Positions 30,748-41,039 of a stretch of DNA of 64,000 nt are shown piece after piece. Under the pieces are notes generated by a model. It was not told the DNA's origin. It saw only the letters and a list, made by a program, of their open reading frames with translations, and searched no databases. The DNA is taken from positions 64,001-128,000 of the forward strand of contig JBBRSB010000007.1 of assembly GCA_038245785.1 (NCBI GenBank), in the 5' to 3' direction. The stretch's first letter is position 1; each line of letters starts with the position of its first letter. The DNA comes from Gloeobacterales cyanobacterium (lineage in GTDB: Bacteria; Cyanobacteriota; Cyanobacteriia; Gloeobacterales; PMM-0068). The position numbers and the translations under genes were made by a program.

Positions 30748-32871
30748 ATGGCGTCTGAATTTTCTCCTCCGCGTAACAAATTTTTGAAGTCCTTCTTCAA
30801 CCCCAAATTTCTCTTCTTCGCCTTGCTCATCTTTGGGGTCGCCTCATGGATCGGGATTACCTGGGATCTGCCCAGTGCAGACCAGATCCGCAACTATGTC
30901 CCAAAATCCAGCGTCAAAATTCAGGCTGCGGATGGCTCAACTATTTATAACGGCGGGGCAGGACCAACCCGTAGAGTTTCCTATCAGGAAATCCCCAAAG
31001 ATCTGCGTGAGGCGATCGTCGCCACCGAAGACCGTCGCTTTTTTGAGCACAATGGAGTTGACTTCTTGGGAATTGGACGGGCACTGCTCCGAGATCTGCA
31101 ATCGGGAGGGCTAAAAGAAGGAGGGTCTACAATCACCCAGCAGCTAGCCCGGAATTTATTTTTGACTCAGGAGCGGACGCTCTGGCGCAAACTCAAAGAA
31201 GCAGCCATCGCTGCGCGCATTGAACAGGATTTTTCTAAAGAAGAAATTCTGACGCTCTATCTAAACCAGGTCTATCTGGGTTCAGGAGCCTATGGCGTTT
31301 CCGATGCTTCTCTCCTCTATTTCAATAAACCTGTTCAGCAATTGAAGCTCACGGAGTCTGCACTTCTAGCCGGTTTACCGCAAGCCCCCAGCCGTTACTC
31401 TCCGCTCATCAACAAGGAATTGGCCCGTAAACGGCGGGATATCGTGCTGAAAAACATGGTGGAAGCAGGATTTCTTAAACAAAGTGACTACCTCAAGGCC
31501 AAAGCCAGGCCCTTAACCATCAATCCCCGGCCGCAACTGCTTAAGAATCAGGCGGCCTATTTTACGTCCTATATCCAGTCCTTGTTGCCAGAAGTTTTGG
31601 GCACTACCGTTCAAGGAGGGCTAACCGTAGAAACCACCTTAGACCCTTTCATTCAAGCCCAAGCCCAGAGTGCCTTGACCCGAGCCTTAGCTCGCAATCA
31701 AGGGCGCAAAATAGAACAGGGAGCGATTGTTTCGATAGACCCCAACACCGGTGAAATCAGGGCTTTGGTCGGGGGGGAAGATTTTCAGAAAAGTCAATTT
31801 AACCGGGCGGTACAAGCCCTCCGCCAGCCAGGATCTGCGTTTAAGGTTTTTGTCTATACCCATGCCCTGGAGACAGGCATTGATCCTGGCACCGTCTATG
31901 TGGATGAACCCGTCCGCTTTGGCAATTATGAAGTCAAAAACTATGACCGGGATTATCAAGGCCCGATGACCTTAGTGAAGGCTTTGCAGGAATCTCGCAA
32001 TACCATTGCCGTCAAACTAATCGAACAAGTGGGAGAGCGGGAAACCATAGAAACGGCTCAACGGATGGGCATCAACAGTCCTTTACAAGCAAATCCAACC
32101 CTCGCCCTGGGATCTTCCGAGACCACGCTCCTAGAGTTAACCAGTGCCTACGGAACGCTGGCAAGTGGCGGTATCCGCACAGAACCAAGTGCTATTCGGC
32201 GCATCTTGGACCAATCGGGCCAAGTCCTCTACGAATCCAAACGCCAGCAGAACCAGGCTGTTACTCCAGAAGTAGCCTGGAGTATGACCAAGATGCTGGA
32301 ACAGGTAGTCAAGGGAGGAACAGGCAGAAGAGCTAACATTGGTAGACCTGTGGCTGGGAAAACAGGCACCAGCGAGAACAATCGGGACTTACTCTTCGTC
32401 GGCTATATTCCCCAGTTAGTCACCGGCGTCTGGCTAGGCAACGATGATAGTTCTCCCACCCGTGGGGCCAGCAGTATAGCAGCGGGCGTATGGGGAGAAA
32501 TGATGAATAAGGTAGCGAATAAACTGCCCGTCATCGCTTTTACAGAACCGAGTAACCTTTCTACTGACCTGCGTGACCGGGTATTGGCCGCAGCAGAAGG
32601 CCGACCCATCCCCTCCTACCTCCCGACCGACACAACAGGGGGCATTCCTCAGGACCAAGCGACAGAGCCGGCCCCTGCGCCTGTAGATCCCAACGTCGCC
32701 CCACCCCCTCAGGATTCAGTCCCTACAGACAATTCCCCTCATAACAGTGCGCCCTTAGATCCTTCTAATCCCCAATGTTTTGACCCTAATACTGCCTACA
32801 AAGGAGAGTCCGCCTGTGCGACGGGAGATGGCTTTGATGGCTATCGGGAGCAACGAAACCGAAAACGGTAG
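30748..32871 (+). CDS. class A penicillin-binding protein (PBP1A family)
   Basis: EDRRF.EH.G, GGSTITQQL, RKLKE, SAFK, SRN, KTGT. Confidence 0.95.
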   Translation: MASEFSPPRNKFLKSFFNPKFLFFALLIFGVASWIGITWDLPSADQIRNYVPKSSVKIQAADGSTIYNGGAGPTRRVSYQEIPKDLREAIVATEDRRFFEHNGVDFLGIGRALLRDLQSGGLKEGGSTITQQLARNLFLTQERTLWRKLKEAAIAARIEQDFSKEEILTLYLNQVYLGSGAYGVSDASLLYFNKPVQQLKLTESALLAGLPQAPSRYSPLINKELARKRRDIVLKNMVEAGFLKQSDYLKAKARPLTINPRPQLLKNQAAYFTSYIQSLLPEVLGTTVQGGLTVETTLDPFIQAQAQSALTRALARNQGRKIEQGAIVSIDPNTGEIRALVGGEDFQKSQFNRAVQALRQPGSAFKVFVYTHALETGIDPGTVYVDEPVRFGNYEVKNYDRDYQGPMTLVKALQESRNTIAVKLIEQVGERETIETAQRMGINSPLQANPTLALGSSETTLLELTSAYGTLASGGIRTEPSAIRRILDQSGQVLYESKRQQNQAVTPEVAWSMTKMLEQVVKGGTGRRANIGRPVAGKTGTSENNRDLLFVGYIPQLVTGVWLGNDDSSPTRGASSIAAGVWGEMMNKVANKLPVIAFTEPSNLSTDLRDRVLAAAEGRPIPSYLPTDTTGGIPQDQATEPAPAPVDPNVAPPPQDSVPTDNSPHNSAPLDPSNPQCFDPNTAYKGESACATGDGFDGYREQRNRKR

Positions 32872-33007
32872 TAAAAGCTTTCAAGTCCGAGGCTAATAAC
32901 CGAACAAACTGATCTAATTAAAGGGAATAGTAATGTTGGCACGCTCACAGACACTGACCATAAAGAATTTCCAGGAGTACATCAGATGAGTAAGCACTAT
33001 TAACTCT

Positions 33008-33856
33008 ATGGAAATGATCTTTGGGAGTGTAATCACCTCTGTCTTCTTTATATGCCTAGAAAAGCTTTTTCCTGCACAACAGCAAAGAACATTACGTGAG
33101 GGGTGGCATATTGATGTGGCCCACTTTGTTGTTAATTATTTTGCAGTCCAGCTTGGTGTGATTCTTGCTATCCTACCCGTATATTTATTATCATATTTCT
33201 TTAGCTGGGCTATCCCTCCTGGGGTACAAGCAGTCGTTACCAGTCAGCCCGGATGGCTGCAGTTTTTGGAAGCTTTCCTAATCGCTGAAATCAGCTCTTA
33301 CATTATCCATCGCTTAGTACATACTATCCCCTGGCTGTGGAAATTTCACTCAATTCATCACTGCAGCCCAGAGTTAGATTGGTTATCTGCCTTGCGATTC
33401 CATCCGATTGACTTGGTCCTAGAGAGGCTCTTTATTGTCGTTCCCCTATTTCTATTGGGTTTTAGCAAAGAGGTCCTTGAAGTATATGCACTGACTCGCA
33501 CCTTTCAGTCTTTGTTTATTCATACCAATATAAATTTTGATTTTCCTATACTACGCTGGCTGATTGCAACTCCTGAATCTCATCGCTGGCATCATGATGA
33601 AGCACCTGAGACACAGAATAAGAACTTTGGGCAACCCTTTATTGATTTCTTATTTGGCACACTCTACCTTCCTAAGGATAAGAAGCCTGCAATTTACGGT
33701 GTGAATGAACTTGTCCTAGATAGCTACAAAGAGCAGTTACTTTATCCGTTCCAGGTAAAGAAACAGAGACAGAATCAGATTAGCCTGATAGAAAGCGCAT
33801 CTCAGCAGAGTGAGCTTTTAGACTCTTCCATGTCCGAATCTCCTATTCAGAGATAA
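33008..33856 (+). CDS. sterol desaturase / fatty acid hydroxylase family protein
   Basis: His boxes HRLVH, HSIHH, HRWHH. Confidence 0.9.
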   Translation: MEMIFGSVITSVFFICLEKLFPAQQQRTLREGWHIDVAHFVVNYFAVQLGVILAILPVYLLSYFFSWAIPPGVQAVVTSQPGWLQFLEAFLIAEISSYIIHRLVHTIPWLWKFHSIHHCSPELDWLSALRFHPIDLVLERLFIVVPLFLLGFSKEVLEVYALTRTFQSLFIHTNINFDFPILRWLIATPESHRWHHDEAPETQNKNFGQPFIDFLFGTLYLPKDKKPAIYGVNELVLDSYKEQLLYPFQVKKQRQNQISLIESASQQSELLDSSMSESPIQR

Positions 33857-33906
33857 GTCAATTTAAAGAAGCTTTCCAGTAAGCGATTTGCCCTGGAGCT
33901 ATAGCC

Positions 33907-34326
33907 CTATCCTGGAAACGAGGAGAGAAAAGAGTAAACCGGGTGACTATACTCTTTAGCTTTCATCAAAATAAGAATCCGCCGAGTTTTTGTAGGATCA
34001 GTCAAGTTGACATTGTAAGACTGAAAATCAAGATCGTAATAATTGATTTTCCAACAATAATCAACATCATCCTGCACAACTTTGCCAAAGTCATGCGCAC
34101 CAACAGGATCATTCTCAGCAGTAAAGTCATCAAACTCCTGTACCTTGCTGATTAATTCACTGAGTTGCTCCTGAGGTAAATAACTTACTTCAGGAGTAAT
34201 CCGCCATGGATGACCACTTTCTGAAATCAGAGTAGTAAGCGTCTGTAACGTAATTTTCCAATGAGGATTTTTACGCAACTGGTCATTCAGTTGGGCAATA
34301 GCCTGTGTACTGGAAGTAACGTCCAT
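33907..34326 (-). CDS. DUF3768 family protein
   Basis: IAQLND.LR, FTAENDPVGAHDFG, WKINYYD, TRRIL...EY. Confidence 0.75.
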   Translation of the reverse strand: MDVTSSTQAIAQLNDQLRKNPHWKITLQTLTTLISESGHPWRITPEVSYLPQEQLSELISKVQEFDDFTAENDPVGAHDFGKVVQDDVDYCWKINYYDLDFQSYNVNLTDPTKTRRILILMKAKEYSHPVYSFLSSFPG

Positions 34327-34589
34327 AAATTGCTCCTTTTAACGCAGATTTGTGGAATCAGGCGAAAAGTGGCTTATACAAATCACACAGTATCGACAGA
34401 AAACAGAAAAAAGCGGCAGGGTTGAAAGGGTAACCAAAAGGGAATTCTCTATCTTCAAGATACTGCTCAAAAACCATGGAACACTACTGATTTTCAGAAC
34501 TTAACAGTGCGTGTTTAGGTAGATCGCAAAAGGCTCTGAGACCCTTCATCTCTTTATAAATAACGTTCAACCTTCAAAAATTGTCCATT

Positions 34590-35297
34590 TCAAAGTTTCG
34601 AAACAAGCTCAGCACGTCGTTCTTTCACAATTGTAGGAATATACCTATTTTTACTATCTTGATCTTCGAAACCAAGTCGCTGGTAAACATTACCACCTAT
34701 ACCGGGAAGAACTTCACCCTTAGCAGTGCGCTTTTCATCCTTAGCAAAGTAGAAAAATTGAAACTTATTATATACGGCTTTTTCGAATTCATTCTTTAGC
34801 TTTTGTTCTGCTTGAGCATGAATTACAGGCGCTACTATAAAGATTTTTTCAGGCTCAATACTTTGGATAAGATCGGAAAGATTTGTCTTGACGACACAAG
34901 CACCAGAAATAATAGACTTAACAATGATTAGATAATTCACATCTTCATTTGCTGGCTCTTGATATTTCCTAAGAATTGGTGCAACTTTTAAATCTTCCAT
35001 CTCAAAAGGAGAAAAGTGTTGATTCCAGAAACACGCAAAAGAAATTTTTCTAACCTTACCTTTTAAGGATTGAAGTATGCCTTTAGCTAAAAAATCAGCA
35101 TCTTCAACTGTGCATGCAAGATACACACTAGCCTGGTCACTACTAATCTGATCTAAAAGTGCATTACCTAAATTCAGTCCAATTTCAAACATAGCTTTCT
35201 TATACACTTCTGGCATCGCTTCTTTATTAACCAATGTGTCGAGTAAGTCGTGCACATTTTCGTACTGATAGAAGAGCTTTGAAAATTTCCTTTTCAT
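34590..35297 (-). CDS. uracil-phosphoribosyltransferase-fold protein with divergent active-site motifs
   Basis: Colinear with Upp: LIIVKSIISGA in place of LIVDPMLATG; C-terminal KDEKRTAKGEVLPGIGG resembles IDQGLNEHGYIIPGLGD. Confidence 0.7.
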   Translation of the reverse strand: MKRKFSKLFYQYENVHDLLDTLVNKEAMPEVYKKAMFEIGLNLGNALLDQISSDQASVYLACTVEDADFLAKGILQSLKGKVRKISFACFWNQHFSPFEMEDLKVAPILRKYQEPANEDVNYLIIVKSIISGACVVKTNLSDLIQSIEPEKIFIVAPVIHAQAEQKLKNEFEKAVYNKFQFFYFAKDEKRTAKGEVLPGIGGNVYQRLGFEDQDSKNRYIPTIVKERRAELVSKL

Positions 35298-36193
35298 ATT
35301 AAAAAACTCTCTAGTTCCTCAAAGGATTTGGGTCTGTCTCTTCTAACAAGTTTTTGGAAGTTTGCAAATTTCGCGGTATCACAGCTATACGGTAGTGTGC
35401 CCCTGCCGAGCCCGTTTTTAAATTCCCAATGCAGAAAGCCTTTCGAGAAGTTATAGGTGAAATCCTGAATACTGTCAAGGATCTCTTTGGTCTCAGCTCC
35501 TAAGTCAAAGGCTACATTAAGGGGAGGCCGTATGAATGAGGGGTTACAATCATGGGCTTTTGTCAACACTTCTAGAACAGAAGCATTAGACCTATCGCTT
35601 GAGCACCAAGCTCCAAGGAGTACTGTAGCAGCACACTCAATTTTATCTCTTTCAGGATTATCAGAACAACAGAGATACTCCACGGCTTTTTTGAATTCAG
35701 GTTCTTGATCAAGAACTTTCATTAGGCTGGAGTCATGACAAAAGTGAATTACCTGACTATATAGTTTAATATCTTCAGGCATCTCATCGGTTAATTTGTC
35801 TTTAAGATTTGGGGAAGATACTACTAAGCTAACTTCTGATTCTCTTTCCTTTGATTGATTTAGCTCATACTGTTTTTTAAAATCATCAGATATTGACTTT
35901 TCGCCCACATCCCAGCTCACACTTGATTTGTTTTTGAGTTGATAATGTTGGAGAGGGCTTTTTGTTTCTCGATTTATGATTAAGTCATCAACAAAAGCAA
36001 GAATTTGACTAGAGCAAATGATACTTTCCTGGCCCTCAATTACTTCCTTTGATAAACGAGCCAACTGATAAACAGTAAAGAAGTTTTCATAGGTATTACC
36101 CTTAGCATTGCTAGCTCCACCTCTATTCTTATTTTTCAAATATTGGAGAGTTTCATCACCAAAAAGCTTTTCGATATCTTTATCTTCGTACAT
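35294..36193 (-). CDS. putative PD-(D/E)xK dsDNA nuclease (Cap4/DUF4297-like N-terminal domain)
   Basis: RGGASNAKGNTYE...FVDDLII...HYQLKN. ATG at 36193 avoids overlap with argG; ATGA overlap with the downstream gene. Confidence 0.7.
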   Translation of the reverse strand: MYEDKDIEKLFGDETLQYLKNKNRGGASNAKGNTYENFFTVYQLARLSKEVIEGQESIICSSQILAFVDDLIINRETKSPLQHYQLKNKSSVSWDVGEKSISDDFKKQYELNQSKERESEVSLVVSSPNLKDKLTDEMPEDIKLYSQVIHFCHDSSLMKVLDQEPEFKKAVEYLCCSDNPERDKIECAATVLLGAWCSSDRSNASVLEVLTKAHDCNPSFIRPPLNVAFDLGAETKEILDSIQDFTYNFSKGFLHWEFKNGLGRGTLPYSCDTAKFANFQKLVRRDRPKSFEELESFLI

Positions 36194-36224
36194 ACAGACT
36201 GTGTTCGCGAGATTCCAAATTTGG

Positions 36225-37433
36225 TCACGGTTTGCGATGGACCTGGGACCAAACTCTGGTGGGCAAGCCCCAGACATAGATAAAGCCTTCTGCTGCCTTG
36301 TGGTCGAAGATATCGCTGGAAGTGTAGGTCGAAAGCTCTTCGCTGTAGAGTGAGAGGTCTGCTTTGCGTCCCACAACCGTGCAGGTTCCGCGATGGAGTC
36401 GGACTCTCGCTGTCCCAGTTACAACCTGTTGGGTTTCTCGTACAAACCCATCCAAGGCCATCTTAAGCGGGCTGTACCAAAGGCCGTTGTAGACCAACTG
36501 GGCATAGGTCGCTTCTATCTGCTGTTGCTTGTAGAAAGTGACTTCTTTGGGCAAGGTCAGCGCTTCCAGTTCTTGATGGGCACGAATCAAAACCAGCATC
36601 GCCGGGGATTCATAGATTTCGCGGGATTTGATACCGACCAAACGGTTCTCCAGCATGTCGATACGACCAACCCCGTTGTCTCCAGCCATCTGATTGAGAC
36701 GGTCTACCAGTTCAACAGGGCTTATTTTTTCTCCATCCAGCGTTACTGGAATTCCTTGAGCAAACTGGATTTCAACATAGGTAGGTTCCGCCGGACAGTC
36801 ATTCACTGACTTGGTCATGGCATAGACTTCTTCAGGAGGCTCGGCCCAAGGGTCTTCGAGAATGCCGCATTCAACCGAACGACCCAGAATATTCTGGTCG
36901 ATGGAGTAGGCAGACTTTTTCTTTACGGGTGAGGGAATGCCGTACTTTTCACCGTATTCAATCGTCTCTTGCCGCGAAAAACCCCATTCCCGTGCGGGAG
37001 CAAGCACTTTTAAGGTTGGGTCCAGTGCCGCAATCGACACATCAAAACGCACTTGGTCATTGCCTTTGCCCGTACAACCATGTGCCACCGCATCACAGCC
37101 TGTCCTGTGGGCAATATCCACTAAGATTTTGGCAATCAAAGGACGAGCCAGTGCCGTTGCCAAAGGATAACGGCCTTCGTAGAGCGCATTACTCTGCAGT
37201 GCCGGGAAAGCATACTGTTCGATAAATTCTTGGCGCACATCTTCGACGTAGGCTTCAGCAGCTCCTGATTTCAAGGCTTTCTGTCGGACAGCTTCCAGGT
37301 CCTCGCCTTGTCCCAAATCCGCTGAGAGCGCAACCACGGCTTCACAGCCCCATTCGTTCATTAAGTATGGAATGCAAACAGAAGTGTCCACTCCACCGGA
37401 GTATGCAAGAACGACTTTTTTAGCCCGCCCCAT
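36225..37433 (-). CDS. argG: argininosuccinate synthase
   Basis: [32 protein letters not shown]. Confidence 0.98.
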   Translation of the reverse strand: MGRAKKVVLAYSGGVDTSVCIPYLMNEWGCEAVVALSADLGQGEDLEAVRQKALKSGAAEAYVEDVRQEFIEQYAFPALQSNALYEGRYPLATALARPLIAKILVDIAHRTGCDAVAHGCTGKGNDQVRFDVSIAALDPTLKVLAPAREWGFSRQETIEYGEKYGIPSPVKKKSAYSIDQNILGRSVECGILEDPWAEPPEEVYAMTKSVNDCPAEPTYVEIQFAQGIPVTLDGEKISPVELVDRLNQMAGDNGVGRIDMLENRLVGIKSREIYESPAMLVLIRAHQELEALTLPKEVTFYKQQQIEATYAQLVYNGLWYSPLKMALDGFVRETQQVVTGTARVRLHRGTCTVVGRKADLSLYSEELSTYTSSDIFDHKAAEGFIYVWGLPTRVWSQVHRKP

Positions 37434-37490
37434 AAAGTCACCGAAAAAGTATCGTGATCATAGCCCATAGGGGTTGCATAGGACTAACCA

Positions 37491-37742
37491 GTGGCTTCAC
37501 GATCCCTAAAGCTAGGAGAACTCCATTCAATAAAGGCTTTAGAAGATCTGTGCAACCTTCCGCAAGTACGATGCCATGAACCAGTAGGTGACCGCTCAGG
37601 TCAGCTTTCAGTAGATTTGGATCATCCTTATCGTCTTATCTTCGAGCCTACTGAACCAATTCCAAGAAAGACAGATGGTGGGCTCGACTGGGAAAAAATA
37701 AACTCCATTATGATTCTTGGAATAGAGGATACCCATGAGTAA
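37491..37742 (+). pseudogene. higB: HigB-like (killer-suppression/RelE family) toxin, probably 5'-truncated
   Basis: RCHE..GDRSGQLSVDLDHPYRLIFEP...DGGLDW...IEDTHE is the C-terminal part of the family; the usual N-terminal strand and helix are missing. Confidence 0.7.
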
Positions 37743-38823
37743 TACTATTCAAAACCAGTACACACCGAATTACGTTGCACATCCAGGAGAAACACTTTTA
37801 GAAACTCTTGAAGCTCTTGGGATGTCTCAGGCAGATTTAGCAGATCGAACAGGTAGGCCCAAGAAAACCATTAATGAAATCATTCACGGAAAGTCAGCAA
37901 TCACTCCAGAGACCGCACTGCAGTTAGAGCGGGCTTTACGTGTGCCAGCCAGTTTTTGGAACAATCTCGAACGAAATTATCGAGAATTTCTAGCCAAACA
38001 GGAGGAGCAAAAGAAACTACAGGATCAAGTTGAATGGCTCAAGAAAATCCCTGTTAACGATATGAGTAAGCGAGGATGGATTCAGCTTTACAAAGACAAA
38101 ATCCAACAACTTCGGGAAGTCCTCACCTTTTTCGGAGTTGTCTCTCCTGAACGATGGAAAGAAGTATGGGGAAACATGCCCGTAGCCTTTCGGAGATCTT
38201 CTGCTTTTGAGAGCAGCCCTGGTGCGATTACAGCCTGGCTCCGCAGAGGAGAAATTGAAGCTCAAAATATTTACTGTGCATCCTATGACGCTGGGAAGTT
38301 TAGGAAAGTACTACAACAAATCCGTTCTTTAACTACTGAATCTCTAGAATTTTTTCAACCGGAAGTAGTGCGTTTATGTTCTAAAGTAGGCGTGGCTGTA
38401 GTATTTGTACCAGAGCTTCCCAAGACACATGTTTGTGGCGCAACACGTTGGTTAAAGTCTGATAAAGCGCTCATTCAACTTAGTCTCCGCCACAAGACTG
38501 ATGACCACTTGTGGTTCGCCTTTTTTCACGAAGCAGGTCATGTTCTTTTGCATGGAAAGCATGATGTTTTCCTTGAGACCGACAATAACGATGATCCCAA
38601 AGAGCAAGAGGCAAATGACTTTGCTGCGAACTTTCTAATCCCTGAGGCGGAATTACGAAAGTTCACTAGGTCAAATCATCAATACACCAAAGTGGCTATC
38701 CAGAAATTTGCGGCCGATATTGGAATTGCACCTGGAATTATTGTAGGGAGGCTTCAGCATGCCAAGCTTCTACCACAAACCCATTGCAACGACCTGAAAC
38801 GTCGATTTACTTGGGCAGTATAG
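37735..38823 (+). CDS. higA: HigA antitoxin (HTH) fused to an ImmA/IrrE-type metallopeptidase domain
   Basis: HPGETL...MSQADLA...INEIIHGKSAITPETALQLE...FWNNL; FFHEAGH (HExxH), E.EANDFA. Confidence 0.92.
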   Translation: MSNTIQNQYTPNYVAHPGETLLETLEALGMSQADLADRTGRPKKTINEIIHGKSAITPETALQLERALRVPASFWNNLERNYREFLAKQEEQKKLQDQVEWLKKIPVNDMSKRGWIQLYKDKIQQLREVLTFFGVVSPERWKEVWGNMPVAFRRSSAFESSPGAITAWLRRGEIEAQNIYCASYDAGKFRKVLQQIRSLTTESLEFFQPEVVRLCSKVGVAVVFVPELPKTHVCGATRWLKSDKALIQLSLRHKTDDHLWFAFFHEAGHVLLHGKHDVFLETDNNDDPKEQEANDFAANFLIPEAELRKFTRSNHQYTKVAIQKFAADIGIAPGIIVGRLQHAKLLPQTHCNDLKRRFTWAV

Positions 38824-38965
38824 TATTCACGATGCTCTGTAACTTTGTATATACTTCGAGGCAAGGGCCTGAAACCCAACCCGCAAGCTCGGTAAGGCCA
38901 TTAACCATGAGCCCTAGTGCTTTTGTGCTTTAAGATCTAATTAATTAAGGTTTCTTCCTACCGCC

Positions 38966-39901
38966 ATGTCATCCATCTTCGATTGGTTTGCAGACCGCCG
39001 TAAATCCCAGAATGCTCCGATCAGCCCGGAGCATCAGCAGCGGGAAATCGCTGATGGCCTGTGGACCAAGTGTGAAGAATGCAGTGCTCTGCACTACACC
39101 AAGGACGTACTTGAAAATAATTTGGTCTGTCCTTCCTGCCAGCATCACAACAAAGTCGATGGCCCTCAACGCATTGCCCAGCTCATAGACCACGGTAGTT
39201 GGAGCCCAATCAACGAACATTTACGGTCCATGGACCCTTTGCAATTTGAAGACATCAAACCCTATGCCGAGCGTCTCCAGCAAACCGTCCAAAAAACGGG
39301 ATTGACCGATGGAGCCTTAACGGGCTTTGGAGCGATTAAGGGCTACCCGGTGGGCCTCGGGGTAATGGATTTTCGATTCATGGGCGGCAGTATGGGCTCG
39401 GTGGTAGGCGAAAAGTTTACCCGATTGATCGAGCAGAGCACAGACCGAGGGGTGCCCGTGGTGATTGTCTGTGCTTCAGGAGGAGCGCGGATGCAAGAAG
39501 GAATGTTTAGTCTGATGCAGATGGCTAAAATTGCTGGAGCGCTCCAGCAACATCAAGAAGCCCGGTTGTTGTACATTCCCATACTCACCAATCCCACCAC
39601 CGGGGGCGTTACCGCTAGTTTTGCCATGTTGGGAGATATTATTCTCGCCGAACCGAAAGCGATGATTGGTTTTGCCGGTCGCCGCGTGATTGAACAAACC
39701 TTGCGCCAGAAATTACCCGACGATTTCCAAACTGCTGAATCCTTGATTCAGCATGGTTTTGTCGACCAAATTGTGCCCCGTCCAAAACTCAAAACCACCT
39801 TGGCGAAGCTACTGCGCTTACACCAGCGCCCTGATTACACCCATAAAATTAAAAGTTCTCAAGAAGTGCCTCCCTTAGTTCCACCCATTGCTCCCAGGTA
39901 G
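38966..39901 (+). CDS. accD: acetyl-CoA carboxylase carboxyltransferase beta subunit
   Basis: Zn finger CEEC...[37 protein letters not shown]. Confidence 0.98.
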   Translation: MSSIFDWFADRRKSQNAPISPEHQQREIADGLWTKCEECSALHYTKDVLENNLVCPSCQHHNKVDGPQRIAQLIDHGSWSPINEHLRSMDPLQFEDIKPYAERLQQTVQKTGLTDGALTGFGAIKGYPVGLGVMDFRFMGGSMGSVVGEKFTRLIEQSTDRGVPVVIVCASGGARMQEGMFSLMQMAKIAGALQQHQEARLLYIPILTNPTTGGVTASFAMLGDIILAEPKAMIGFAGRRVIEQTLRQKLPDDFQTAESLIQHGFVDQIVPRPKLKTTLAKLLRLHQRPDYTHKIKSSQEVPPLVPPIAPR

Positions 39902-40001
39902 GTTTGGCGTCAGGCGTGACAAACTGCATATTTAGTTCATACTGAACAGATTGGGTCTAGGTTTTCACGGTAATTTTTCGTACACCTAGAACCAGGTATA
40001 T

Positions 40002-41039
40002 ATGCTGAGTCGCATTGCTGAATATCACTTCTGGATGGGCCGTTACATCGAACGGGCAGAAAATACTGCCCGCATGGTTTTGGATAACTACCAAACGCAG
40101 CTAGACGCCAAGGAAGATGAAACGCGCTGGGGATTGATTCTTGATATTTTTGGCGAAGGGGAAGAGTACCAAAAACGCTATTCAGAAGAAATTGTCGCGG
40201 GCAAGGTAGAGCAGTTTTTAACCCTAGACATGACCAACCGTAGTTCTATTCTTTCCTGCATCACCCAGGCACGGGAGAATGCCAGAGGCATCCGCGACCA
40301 GATTTCATCAGAGGTCTGGCTGACCTTAAACCGACTTTATCTGGACCTCCGACAGCTTCAATGGGAAGGATTAGGAGACGCGAAGGCGGTTGATTTTTAC
40401 GAGAAGGTAAAAGAAAGCGCTCAGTTGATTCATGGTCTATTGCATAATACTTTGCTGCATGGAGCAGGCTGGAACTTCATTCGGACAGGGCGTTTTATAG
40501 AGCGTGCTGCTCTGGTAGTCCGCTTATTGCAGATACGCTATCAAGCCTACAACCCAGAGGGAATTGATAGACCAAACAACATTCAGCAGTGGTACTCCGT
40601 TTTGCGCTCCGTGAGTGCCTTTGAGGTCTACTGTAAGCTTCATCACGCTACTGTTACGCCCAGAAATGTCGTAGGCCTCTTAGTTTTTCATCCCCAATTT
40701 CCCCATTCACTTCATTACGCAGCAGCCCATCTCTATCGGTCCTTGGGAGCCATTCATAAAGACCGCATGTTCACGGGTATGGCAGGCACACCCAACGATG
40801 AAGCTCTACGCTTAGCAGGAAAACTTTTATCAAACCTGGAATATGGATCTTTAGATGAAGTTTACGAGATGGGGGTTGTAGCCTATCTCAAAGATTTTGA
40901 ACAAAAGCTCTATCCGATTAGCAACCTGATTAACCAGCAATATTTCTGGTCCCAACAGCCCCTAAACACAACGCCAGCTCCTACCATCCAGGTACAAAAG
41001 ACCTTGCAGTCTTCACCAGCCAAGGCGCTCCAAGTCTAG
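40002..41039 (+). CDS. alpha-E domain protein (DUF403)
   Basis: MLSRIAE..FWMGRYIERAENTAR, ARENAR.IRD.IS.E.W, GRFIERA. Confidence 0.92.
   Translation: MLSRIAEYHFWMGRYIERAENTARMVLDNYQTQLDAKEDETRWGLILDIFGEGEEYQKRYSEEIVAGKVEQFLTLDMTNRSSILSCITQARENARGIRDQISSEVWLTLNRLYLDLRQLQWEGLGDAKAVDFYEKVKESAQLIHGLLHNTLLHGAGWNFIRTGRFIERAALVVRLLQIRYQAYNPEGIDRPNNIQQWYSVLRSVSAFEVYCKLHHATVTPRNVVGLLVFHPQFPHSLHYAAAHLYRSLGAIHKDRMFTGMAGTPNDEALRLAGKLLSNLEYGSLDEVYEMGVVAYLKDFEQKLYPISNLINQQYFWSQQPLNTTPAPTIQVQKTLQSSPAKALQV

Noticed and set aside
36194..36376. N-terminal extension of the nuclease ORF (360 aa in the ORF track)
   Set aside because: It overlaps the argG 3' end in another frame; ATG at 36193 gives a non-overlapping start.
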